Assembly: GCA_048938445.1 (NCBI GenBank)
Contig: JBHLME010000006.1
Coordinates: 1-62,541, forward strand
Reading direction: 5' to 3'
From: Promethearchaeota archaeon
GTDB lineage: Archaea > Asgardarchaeota > Lokiarchaeia > Sigyniarchaeales > SOKP01
DNA: 62,541 bases
The position numbers and the translations under genes were made by a program. How positions within the stretch are numbered: the first letter of the stretch is position 1; every line of letters begins with the position of its first letter. Below are positions 18,517 to 27,721 of the stretch, in pieces. The notes beneath the pieces were generated by a model that was not told the DNA's origin, ran no database searches, and saw nothing but the letters and a program-made list of their open reading frames with translations.

Positions 18517-19341
18517 ATGAGTAGTTCCAAAGAAATAGTTAAAAATACACATGAAAAATTAAAAATCTCTATGAAAAGAAAATCAAGAGCTCAGGTCATT
18601 TCTTTATTCTTAAACCTGCTTAGAAGAATGGAAATTGAAGAAATCACTAATTCTCATTTTTACAATATGATCGCTGAAACATTATCAATAAATCCGATAT
18701 ATTTCATGCATAAAATCTATCCACAATTAAGAAAGAAACTCGAAAAATTATTAGATTTCCAAGAGCTAAAAGATTTAGAAAGATATATCCTAAAAAAAAT
18801 TAGTTTTCTCCAAGGAGAAACATTTATTTATGAATTCAAGGGGCAATTAACTCAAAGAATTGAAAGAACAGGTAGCAAAATAGTATTAAAAAATGCAAAT
18901 ATTTACTTCACTAATTATAGGATGATAATACATTCTAATGGGATAAATATAGTATCTACTGAATCTGAAGTACGTTCACATTTTAAGAATGATTATCTCA
19001 GGAAATATTATGTTAATATGATTTTAAGTAGAAATTTTTATCATTCACGACCCTGTTTTGGATATGAATTTCCCATTTTAGAGCTTTATGATATTGAAAA
19101 AACTAGAACTAATGTACAATATACATTTCATCAAGGAGGGAAAAAACTTTATTGCGAACTGGTTCCAAAGTTTGTTTTTAACTTAAAGGGTATTGATAAA
19201 ATTCTGAATGACTTAAATAGTGATAACATCCCACTAACAAAGCGAAAAGTACCTTGTATCTCATGTGGAAATAATATAAAACTCAAGCATCAATATTGCA
19301 AACATTGTGGTAAAAAAATTCAAAATGAAGAATATAATTAG
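18517..19341 (+). CDS. PH/GRAM-like domain protein with C-terminal Zn ribbon
   Basis: GETFIYEFKG...NANIYFTNYRMII; CISC...CKHCG. Confidence 0.55.
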   Translation: MSSSKEIVKNTHEKLKISMKRKSRAQVISLFLNLLRRMEIEEITNSHFYNMIAETLSINPIYFMHKIYPQLRKKLEKLLDFQELKDLERYILKKISFLQGETFIYEFKGQLTQRIERTGSKIVLKNANIYFTNYRMIIHSNGINIVSTESEVRSHFKNDYLRKYYVNMILSRNFYHSRPCFGYEFPILELYDIEKTRTNVQYTFHQGGKKLYCELVPKFVFNLKGIDKILNDLNSDNIPLTKRKVPCISCGNNIKLKHQYCKHCGKKIQNEEYN

Positions 19342-19410
19342 CTTTATAAAATATAAATTAATTGAGTAAAAAATTTTAAACTTTTTATTCTCACAATCTT
19401 TATCTTATTC

Positions 19411-20433
19411 ATGAAAGAAAAAGATGGTTTATTTACTACTGTAGTTGGTAGTTTACCTTTAACAGATTCTCCAGAGAATATGATTAAAGGCTTTAAAGAT
19501 ATTATTGATGTGGGGATAGATTACCCCTGTTATCCACAATTAAAATCCATGATTACATCTTTTCTAGATCCTTTATCCGAAATTATAAATCCTCTAATAA
19601 AAGAAGGAAATCATTTTTATCTAAACGAGGATTTTGAAATTCCTGATCAAATAATAGGTTTAGAATATGGAAAATTTATTCTCGATTTCTTTAAAGAATA
19701 TCCTGATCTAAGCAAATGCGTCTTAGGAACAAAAGCTTGTCTAACGGGTCCATTTACCTTGGCAAGTGAAATAATTTTACGTGAAAATGCTGCAGAAAAT
19801 ATAAAAGCAATGATTTTTAATGAACCTCGAGCCTTAATGGTAGAAAGTTATGTTGAAAAACTCGCAGAGATAATGAAAAGGATAGGAAGTGCATATAATG
19901 ATATGGGCATAAACATCATTTCAATGGACGAACCTATTTTGAGCATAATTGTTGGAAGGAAGTCTTTTTTTTATGATGATAATTTTATCATTAAAATGCT
20001 TGATAAAGCAATCTCAGGGATTAAAGAACTGTCTTCAATTCATGTATGCGGAAGAATTAGTCCAAAATTAAGAGATCTTTTATTAAGTACTGACGTAAAA
20101 ATCTTGGATCATGAATTTCGCACTAGTGAAAGTAACTTTGAGACTTATAAAAAGGAACATTTTGAGAATACTGACAAGTTTATCGCAATGGGTTCTGTTC
20201 AGACAAAAATATCTTCAATTGAGAATGGTAACGTTAAAGATTATGTAGAAGATATCAGTTTTCTCAAGAATTATATAAAAAAAGGTATTGAACATTTTGG
20301 AATAGAGAATATAATAATCAAACCTGATTGTGGTTTTGCTCCCTTGAAAGAATCATTTGGAGAAAAGCTAGGTTATAAAATTGCAATAAATAAATTAAAA
20401 AATATGGTAATAGCATTGAAGGAATTAAGATAA
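19411..20433 (+). CDS. Single-domain (core) cobalamin-independent methionine synthase family
   Basis: TTVVGSLP, TGPFTL, MDEP, Zn ligands HVC/E/PDCG; no N-terminal folate-binding half. Confidence 0.82.
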   Translation: MKEKDGLFTTVVGSLPLTDSPENMIKGFKDIIDVGIDYPCYPQLKSMITSFLDPLSEIINPLIKEGNHFYLNEDFEIPDQIIGLEYGKFILDFFKEYPDLSKCVLGTKACLTGPFTLASEIILRENAAENIKAMIFNEPRALMVESYVEKLAEIMKRIGSAYNDMGINIISMDEPILSIIVGRKSFFYDDNFIIKMLDKAISGIKELSSIHVCGRISPKLRDLLLSTDVKILDHEFRTSESNFETYKKEHFENTDKFIAMGSVQTKISSIENGNVKDYVEDISFLKNYIKKGIEHFGIENIIIKPDCGFAPLKESFGEKLGYKIAINKLKNMVIALKELR

Positions 20434-20451
20434 AAAGATTTATGAAAAAAC

Positions 20452-21108
20452 TCATGTATTTAATTCTTTTTTAAGCTTCTCAATTTCTTCTTGAACTTTG
20501 GATTTAGATAGAGTAGCAGCATCTTCAAGTGGTAGTTCTTCTTCAGTAATATATTCTAAATCTTCTTCAGGTATAGTTGGCATGGCTCCACCTTGATCTA
20601 AAAGCATTTCAGTTTCTAATTGATTCAATTCATCAGTCACATCTATTCCTAAGTCAATCTCAAGATCACCACCTAAAATCTCCGCAGATTCTTCGATCTC
20701 CGAAACATATGCATCTGCTTCTTCAGATATTTCCGCAATTTTAACTGGAGATGCTCTGATTGCAATATCTTTTAACTCATCTTTTATTCCCTCCATTGTT
20801 TCTCCTGTGGCTAATATTAACTTGCCTTCTTGTATCGCATCGAGTTGTCTTTCAATTTTTATGCGCATATTCGCCGCGCGATCAACTTTCATGGAATATT
20901 GCTTGTATTGAATTAAAAAATTTTTAGCACGATCTTTTTCTCCACGTTTTAATGCAATTTTAGCGTTTTTTCGACTAATTTCCGCCTTTCTTGTATAATT
21001 CTTGTTAATTAAACTTAGCTTTTGAATGTGGGATTTTGCTTGGGTGATCATTTTATCTTGATTTTCATCAACCCCTTTTTTAGGAAATAATTTTTTTTTA
21101 AGTCCCAT
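20452..21108 (-). CDS. ESCRT-III Snf7 family protein (Vps20/32/60-like)
   Basis: Basic N-half with AKIALKRGEKDRAKNFLIQYKQY, acidic C-half with DELNQLE, MPTIP (MIM2-like) and terminal amphipathic helix. Confidence 0.85.
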   Translation of the reverse strand: MGLKKKLFPKKGVDENQDKMITQAKSHIQKLSLINKNYTRKAEISRKNAKIALKRGEKDRAKNFLIQYKQYSMKVDRAANMRIKIERQLDAIQEGKLILATGETMEGIKDELKDIAIRASPVKIAEISEEADAYVSEIEESAEILGGDLEIDLGIDVTDELNQLETEMLLDQGGAMPTIPEEDLEYITEEELPLEDAATLSKSKVQEEIEKLKKELNT

Positions 21109-21287
21109 TTTTTATACTTACACCAGGTATGGAAGTTTTTTTAAATTTTTTTCTCAATTTTATATTAATAATGATTTTTTTAACTTAAAAATTTATTTTA
21201 GAACGGTAAAGAATTTAATCTATTATTATCTTAAAAAAATATTAAATATATATTGTTTTCATAGTCCAAAATTTATGAGAGATCTAG

Positions 21288-22394
21288 ATGAAAAGAATCA
21301 TTCTTAATTTTGAAAAAAAAAAAGACAATTTTAAAGAATTGGTACAAGAATCATTCAATAAAGATATACTTAATTTCCTTATTTCAAAAGCAACTTATGA
21401 AGAGTTTGAAAAAATAGAGCGCCTTAATCTTTTTTCTAAAGATGTTGATACAAAATATTTAGTTTATGAAGATGAAGAATCATTAAATCAAAAATTAACC
21501 GAAAAAAATATTAAAAATATCCTTGGTTTTTACACTAAATTGAAATCGAAAGAAGATGAATTAAAAATAACTAAACTTGCTAAAACTGGTTTAATAGATT
21601 ATATGATTGTTAAAGCAAAAGATTGGAAGATAATTCCATTTGAAAACTTAATAGCTGAATTACACTCTAACGATATTGAATTGATTGCTGAAGTTGAAGA
21701 TGTAAAAGAGGCAGAATTAATGCTCAAAACTCTTGAAGTAGGTGTTGATGGTGTATTAATGACCCCTAAAGACGCTAATGATATAGGATCACTAAAAAAT
21801 TTGATGTATGATACATTTAATATTGAATTAACTAAAGCTAAAATAACGGGAATTGAAACAATTCCAGAGAGCGAACGAGTTTGTGTTGATACCACATCAC
21901 TGCTTAAATCCGGTGAAGGGATGCTAATTGGAAGTACTGCAATGGGATTTGCTTTAGTACATGCTGAAGTTTTTGAAACTCAATTTGTTGCATCTAGACC
22001 ATTTAGAGTAAATGCAGGAGATGTTTCAGCTTATATTTTGGTGCCTAATGATGATCCGGAAAAAATCTATAGGACAAATTACTTGTCTGAATTAAAAGGT
22101 GGAAAAAAAGTCTTGGCAGTGAATTATAAAGGAGAAGCTCGTATGGTCTCTGTTGGAAGAGTAAAAATCGAGACTCGACCAATGCTAAGATTTGAAATGG
22201 AGGTTTCTAAAGGAGCTAAGACGATTCAAATAAGTTGTATATGTCAAAATGCTGAAACGATAAGACTAGTAGATCCAAGTGGAAAGGCAAAATCCGTGGT
22301 GGATATTAAAAAAGGAGACGAAGTATTAGTTCATGTTGGACCTGGGGCAACCCATTTTGGAACAGCAATTAAGGAAACTATAATAGAAAAATAA
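21288..22394 (+). CDS. aroB': 3-dehydroquinate synthase II
   Basis: DWKIIPFENLIA, LEVGVDGV, RVCVDT, RPFRVNAG, GRVKIETRP, QNAETIRL. Confidence 0.95.
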   Translation: MKRIILNFEKKKDNFKELVQESFNKDILNFLISKATYEEFEKIERLNLFSKDVDTKYLVYEDEESLNQKLTEKNIKNILGFYTKLKSKEDELKITKLAKTGLIDYMIVKAKDWKIIPFENLIAELHSNDIELIAEVEDVKEAELMLKTLEVGVDGVLMTPKDANDIGSLKNLMYDTFNIELTKAKITGIETIPESERVCVDTTSLLKSGEGMLIGSTAMGFALVHAEVFETQFVASRPFRVNAGDVSAYILVPNDDPEKIYRTNYLSELKGGKKVLAVNYKGEARMVSVGRVKIETRPMLRFEMEVSKGAKTIQISCICQNAETIRLVDPSGKAKSVVDIKKGDEVLVHVGPGATHFGTAIKETIIEK

Positions 22395-22423
22395 AAAAAA
22401 GTAATTTAATTAAAAAAAGATTA

Positions 22424-23344
22424 TTATTCTGCAGCGCGCTTGTCACGGATCTTTTCCATATGATCTGCGGTAATAAGGTTAATTCCCCTTTCTTTTGCCC
22501 AATCAGCACAACCTTTCAAAGCCTTTTTCAGAAAAATGCGTGGTACTCTGACAAGTTTTGCACATGCCTCCTCTGTAAATTTTACATCAGGATCAATTCT
22601 ATCAGCAGCATACATTACAGTAGAAACTTCAACAGCTTTATTTTTTGGAATACCTTCGGCATAGGGTTGATTAAATTTAGAGATCCAGAAATTAGTATTA
22701 TCTCGATAACCGTAATCGATTGGAATTCTTGGAAATTCCTTTCCTTTAACACCATTAATAATAGTATTTTTATATTCAGGTTTCATTAAGATATTATCAA
22801 TTTTTAATATAAAATGTGCCCCAAATTCACTCGTAATACCATTAAAATCATGGTATGGAGGAGAATAACTTTCCTGTACTGTATCTTTATGAGCACCATC
22901 TAGTTCACTAAGCCATGTGCATTCAAAAACTTGATAAGATTCATTGATGATTTTTGGATAATCCTCATTAGGATTCTCTTCCTTTTTTAAACCATCCACT
23001 AAAGTAAATATGCAATCTTTCATTTTTTCTTCTGTTGAATCACCTGGAAATCCGAGAGCGACGCATTGTTTCATGAATTTCCTAGCATCAGGTATGAAAT
23101 TAAGAGCGCATTTTTTCGTTCTAAGAATATTTTTTGCTGTATTTGAGTTATTACGAGCTTCAAGTAACATGGTGTAATAGGCCTTTCCGGCTATATAATA
23201 TGGAAAAACCAAGGAATAAGGGCCGATATTTGTCTGGCCATCTTCTGAAATTGTACTTATAGCAACAATAGGCATTGGAAAGAAGGAACTGGTTTGATAG
23301 AAATTATCCAAGATAGTTATGTTTTCAAAATTTTTTATTGCCAT
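22424..23344 (-). CDS. Flavin-reductase-like protein with C-terminal PCP_red-like helical domain
   Basis: FFPMP..ISTISEDGQTNIGPYS, TAKNI...LNF; C-terminal FTEEACAKLVRVPRIF...AKERGINLIT. Confidence 0.75.
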   Translation of the reverse strand: MAIKNFENITILDNFYQTSSFFPMPIVAISTISEDGQTNIGPYSLVFPYYIAGKAYYTMLLEARNNSNTAKNILRTKKCALNFIPDARKFMKQCVALGFPGDSTEEKMKDCIFTLVDGLKKEENPNEDYPKIINESYQVFECTWLSELDGAHKDTVQESYSPPYHDFNGITSEFGAHFILKIDNILMKPEYKNTIINGVKGKEFPRIPIDYGYRDNTNFWISKFNQPYAEGIPKNKAVEVSTVMYAADRIDPDVKFTEEACAKLVRVPRIFLKKALKGCADWAKERGINLITADHMEKIRDKRAAE

Positions 23345-23620
23345 TTTTTAATCATTGTAGATATTATATAGAATGGTAATTAAACCCGTATAAATTGAAA
23401 AAAGAGTAATCTAAAAAAAAATATTTGAATTTTTAAATTGTGATCCTATATAATACAAACATCTTTACATTAATTAAAAAAATTAAATTTCTTGAGAAAT
23501 GTAATTCCAGTTAATCTTATATTTTATCCAATTATTAAAAATATTAAGAAATCTGTTAAATAATCATTTTTTTGTTTCAATATAAAAGAAATTCATTATA
23601 TTACTCGTTAGAAATCCAGG

Positions 23621-24277
23621 ATGAAAACTATGAATGTTATCATAGGAAATTTAAAAAATTGGAGGAAATTTATTTCTAAAATTACATTTATTGGTAGTAT
23701 ACAATTTATAATCATTACTATCATTGCTATGATAACTTACCCTGATGGATATAATTTTCTTTCTCATTATTTCAGTGATTTAGGAACATTCAAATCAATT
23801 TATAGAGTTGACAATACCTTGAGTAGGGTATTATTTATAATCACATGTACGTGGTGGGGATGTACTTTATTTTTTTTCTGGGCAATAATGCCCTTATTAT
23901 TTTCTGAAACAAAAAAAATAAAGAATTTAAGTATAATCGGGTCAATCAGTGGAATTATTTCCTCCCTATTTTTAATAGCTTTAGCTTTTTATGGATATGA
24001 TTTATTCTTTGAAGAGCATGGAATTACAGCAAGAATGTTCTTTATTTTAATTGACCTATCAATAATGACATACTCCATTACAATGCTAATGAACAAAAAT
24101 TATCCCCAACATAATGTAATTGGAATTTTTAGTATTATCCTTTCAATTTTTACATTTTTATTCATTATTCATTTAATTCCTTTATTTCATGTAATAATGC
24201 AAAAAATAGTTGTCTATACCTTTATATTTTGGATTAACATACAGGTAGTTGTTATTTGGAAAAAGAATGACAAATAA
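23621..24277 (+). CDS. Membrane protein, DUF998-like
   Basis: YPDGYNFLSHYFSDLG; about 6 TM. Confidence 0.65.
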   Translation: MKTMNVIIGNLKNWRKFISKITFIGSIQFIIITIIAMITYPDGYNFLSHYFSDLGTFKSIYRVDNTLSRVLFIITCTWWGCTLFFFWAIMPLLFSETKKIKNLSIIGSISGIISSLFLIALAFYGYDLFFEEHGITARMFFILIDLSIMTYSITMLMNKNYPQHNVIGIFSIILSIFTFLFIIHLIPLFHVIMQKIVVYTFIFWINIQVVVIWKKNDK

Positions 24278-24372
24278 TTAAGTTATAAGAAATATCTTTA
24301 ATAATTATTTCTTTTTAATTTAATTATAGCACAATTCTGAGGAAAGTTAAATAAAAAAGAAAAAAGATCATC

Positions 24373-25644
24373 ATGACAACATATTGGGCACCATTGATAC
24401 ACATATACCAACCTCCCACTCAAGAAATTGAAGTATTAAGAAGAATAGATAGGGAATGCTACAAACCGCTATTTTCTACATTCGAAAAATTTGATAATTC
24501 AAAATTTTGCTTAAATATTAACGGAGTCCTCATTGAACTTCTTTACGAATATGGATTGGAGGATACAATGGAATTAATAAAAAACCTCGTGTCTGAAAAT
24601 AAGATTAAAATTTTAGGAACTGCAAAATTCCATCCCATACTTCCATTGATTCCTAAAAAGGAAGTTTATCACCAGATCCGATTAAATGAAGAAATAAATC
24701 GTAAAGAATTTGGGAATAATTGGGAACGAACAGGTTTTTTCCCTCCTGAAATGGCTATATCTAAGGAGATTATATCAATAATTAAAGAATTAGGTTATAA
24801 ATGGATAATTATGAGTGGTATTGCATGCTCAGAAGATTGGCCATATGATAAAATTTTTACTTCCCCCAATGGGCTTCAATTATTCTTTCGAGATGACATC
24901 CTTAGTAATAAAATTTCATTCAATAATATAAAAGCTGATGAATTCGTTGAAGAAATAAAAAATATTTTTGATTCTGAAAATAATGTGGACGTAAAAACAA
25001 AAAAGAAAATAAATATTTTAGATAAATATTTAATTACAGCAATGGACGGAGAAACTTTTGGTCATCATATTAAAAATTATGAGAAAACTTTCTTAGCAAA
25101 AGCATTAAAGTTAATTTCTGAAGATGAAGATATTCAAACTATTTTTATCTCTGAACTGGATCAGCACATATCTATTGCTAATAAAAAGATATTACCTAGA
25201 GAATCATCATGGAGCACGAGTTATGATGATATAAAAAATGGTATACCATATCCTCTATGGCAACACCCCGAAAATAATGTCCATAAGTACTATTGGAAGA
25301 TAGTCAAGAGTTTGAATCGATTATTACATTTAGCTGATAAATTAGATTTGACAGAGAATTGGGAAATTGAAAACTACTACAGAACTTCAAGATGGTTTTA
25401 TGATCAAGCCCAAAATTCATGTCCAACCTGGTGGAGTAATCCATTACACGGAATGTGGTCTCCAAATTTAATTTATAAAGGCGTTGAATTGCTCATGAAA
25501 GCTGCTTTGAATGCCCAATTAGCTTTAGAATATGCTGGGATTAAAGATGGTGAAGGATATTTTGATTCAATCTCTTATTATCATGGATTGTTACTCATGG
25601 AATTATATATAATAACCAGAAAACATTTAAAAAAAATAAAATAA
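24373..25644 (+). CDS. Glycoside hydrolase family 57 (alpha-glucan-active)
   Basis: HIYQP, HPILPL, FFPPEMA (nucleophile), AMDGETFGHH (acid/base), SSW. Confidence 0.9.
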   Translation: MTTYWAPLIHIYQPPTQEIEVLRRIDRECYKPLFSTFEKFDNSKFCLNINGVLIELLYEYGLEDTMELIKNLVSENKIKILGTAKFHPILPLIPKKEVYHQIRLNEEINRKEFGNNWERTGFFPPEMAISKEIISIIKELGYKWIIMSGIACSEDWPYDKIFTSPNGLQLFFRDDILSNKISFNNIKADEFVEEIKNIFDSENNVDVKTKKKINILDKYLITAMDGETFGHHIKNYEKTFLAKALKLISEDEDIQTIFISELDQHISIANKKILPRESSWSTSYDDIKNGIPYPLWQHPENNVHKYYWKIVKSLNRLLHLADKLDLTENWEIENYYRTSRWFYDQAQNSCPTWWSNPLHGMWSPNLIYKGVELLMKAALNAQLALEYAGIKDGEGYFDSISYYHGLLLMELYIITRKHLKKIK

Positions 25645-25696
25645 AAGAAATAGGAACTTTAATTAATCTAAATCATAAAAGAATTAAATTAATAAC

Positions 25697-26770
25697 ATGT
25701 CTGGTAACGAAGAGAAAGAACCTAATGCATGTATCTATTGTAAAGCCAAAATTAAATCTGGGGAAATATATTGCCCAAAATGTGGAAAATTAAATAAAAA
25801 TTTAAAATTAAGCGAAACTATACAAGGAAAAAAGGAAGAGAAAGATTTTCATAGGACTTGTTCGGGATGTGGATCCATAATCGCTTCAAATAAACTTTTA
25901 CAATGTCCTATATGCAATACTTTGTTAGAGAAAATACCTGAGAAAAAAAAACCACCTTCCCAAGAGAAAATTGGATATGTTTTTAACTTGAATACATCAA
26001 AAACACTTCAACCAGAACTCAATAAAGAGAGGTGGAATATTAAAGAAGGACTCCAAGTTTTTGAATTTACTATTCTTTTATATTTCTTGATTTATATAAC
26101 AATAATCATTCTTATTGCGCAAACAGGAACCGATATTCAGATCAATTTTTTGACTCTTATGATCGAACTAATTCCTGGAAGTGTACTATGTATATATCCA
26201 ATATTTTATATTATTAGTAAAAAAAACAAATTAATAAAATTAGGTTTTGATACAAATATAAAAAATAATATCTTAGCAATATTAATAGGAATTTTTGGAG
26301 GAATTATTCTTTTTATATTTAATTTTTTGTATAACTTTGTATTTAATTCATTTGTCTCTATTGGATTTCAACAATTCATTGACTATAATGGGAGCTTATT
26401 GCAGCGTCAACAAGTACTTCAAAATTCAGGACTTTTGATATTTCTATATGCAATAGGCATCATAACTTCAATAATTTCAATAGAGATTGTTTATAGAGGA
26501 GTGCTTCATAAAAGTCTTAAGGAAAAATTTGGAAATTCTATTTTGAATAAAATAATAGTTGTTCTTATTGTTGCGTTGATTTACAGTGTAATCAATTCGC
26601 TTGCTTTAAGTTTTACCTATATCTTTGTCAGTCTATTCTTTCTTATTACTAATTTTATAATCTTTATAATTCTTGGTATGCTGTTTGAAATAAATGGAAA
26701 TATATACAATACTTTAATTGCTCATGCATTATTCGAGGTTCTTGTACTTATAACAATATTTTATTTATAA
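25697..26770 (+). CDS. Double Zn ribbon fused to degenerate CPBP (CAAX/Abi) membrane domain
   Basis: Four CxxC pairs; IEIVYRG and AHALFE are remnants of EExxxR and HxxxN. Confidence 0.7.
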   Translation: MSGNEEKEPNACIYCKAKIKSGEIYCPKCGKLNKNLKLSETIQGKKEEKDFHRTCSGCGSIIASNKLLQCPICNTLLEKIPEKKKPPSQEKIGYVFNLNTSKTLQPELNKERWNIKEGLQVFEFTILLYFLIYITIIILIAQTGTDIQINFLTLMIELIPGSVLCIYPIFYIISKKNKLIKLGFDTNIKNNILAILIGIFGGIILFIFNFLYNFVFNSFVSIGFQQFIDYNGSLLQRQQVLQNSGLLIFLYAIGIITSIISIEIVYRGVLHKSLKEKFGNSILNKIIVVLIVALIYSVINSLALSFTYIFVSLFFLITNFIIFIILGMLFEINGNIYNTLIAHALFEVLVLITIFYL

Positions 26771-26897
26771 CAGATATTAATTAATATGTTGAGAAAAAAC
26801 ATTAATAAAAGAAAAATCAATAAACTATTAGTATATTAATATATCAAAGTAAAAAGACTATTATTACCTAATTTCTATATCATTGGAGTAAATTATT

Positions 26898-27623
26898 TTG
26901 GTTAAAAAGATTTATAGAAACAAGGGATCTAAAGATAATATAATAATTTCAATAGCAGGCGCCCATGGTGTTGGTAAATCAACTATTTTCAATCTATTAA
27001 AGAATAAGGCTGCTGAAATGGATGATTTTAAATTCAAATTCTTTCCAGAAAGATATGTAAAAAATCCTCCGTTTCCTTTTGGCTCCTCTAATAAACAAAT
27101 CGCTTTTAGAAGTGAACTTCATTTTCTCCAGCAATTAATTAAGAGAAATCGTAGCGTGAGAAATTTTGATGAAAAATATAATGGAAGAATAATTATTCTT
27201 GACAGAACTCCTTTATGTGTTTTAATTTATTCCAAAAGCTTAGATTTAAAAGAAAAGGATTATAAACTCATATTGGACACATATAATTCTGTAAAATGGA
27301 TAGAAGATTATATAATCTATTTATCGGCTGAACCAAATATAATTTTAAAGAGAATAATTCAGAGAGGTTCTTTAGAAAAGGTAAGAAATGAATGGAATGA
27401 GGACCAAAGAGATTACTTGTTAAAAATATTATCAAATTATAACAAAATGCTTCTAACAAAAATTGAAAAGAATAAACTATTTATTATAAATACTGATAAT
27501 TTAACTCAAGTTGAAGTTCTGAAACAAGTTGAAAATATCATAATTAATTTATCTGATTATTCTTTTAAAAAACAAATAAAACCACCAGCAAAACAAATGA
27601 GTTTGAATAAATTTTTAAAATGA
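26898..27623 (+). CDS. Deoxynucleoside/thymidylate kinase family P-loop protein
   Basis: GAHGVGKST, IILDR, IIYLSA...RIIQRG lid. Confidence 0.8.
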   Translation: MVKKIYRNKGSKDNIIISIAGAHGVGKSTIFNLLKNKAAEMDDFKFKFFPERYVKNPPFPFGSSNKQIAFRSELHFLQQLIKRNRSVRNFDEKYNGRIIILDRTPLCVLIYSKSLDLKEKDYKLILDTYNSVKWIEDYIIYLSAEPNIILKRIIQRGSLEKVRNEWNEDQRDYLLKILSNYNKMLLTKIEKNKLFIINTDNLTQVEVLKQVENIIINLSDYSFKKQIKPPAKQMSLNKFLK

Positions 27624-27721
27624 TATCGAAATATTTATTATTTAAAATTATTATGATAGTATCTAGAAGATACATATAAAATTAATATAAAAAAAAGACC
27701 GTTAGTAGAATCGAAAATAAA

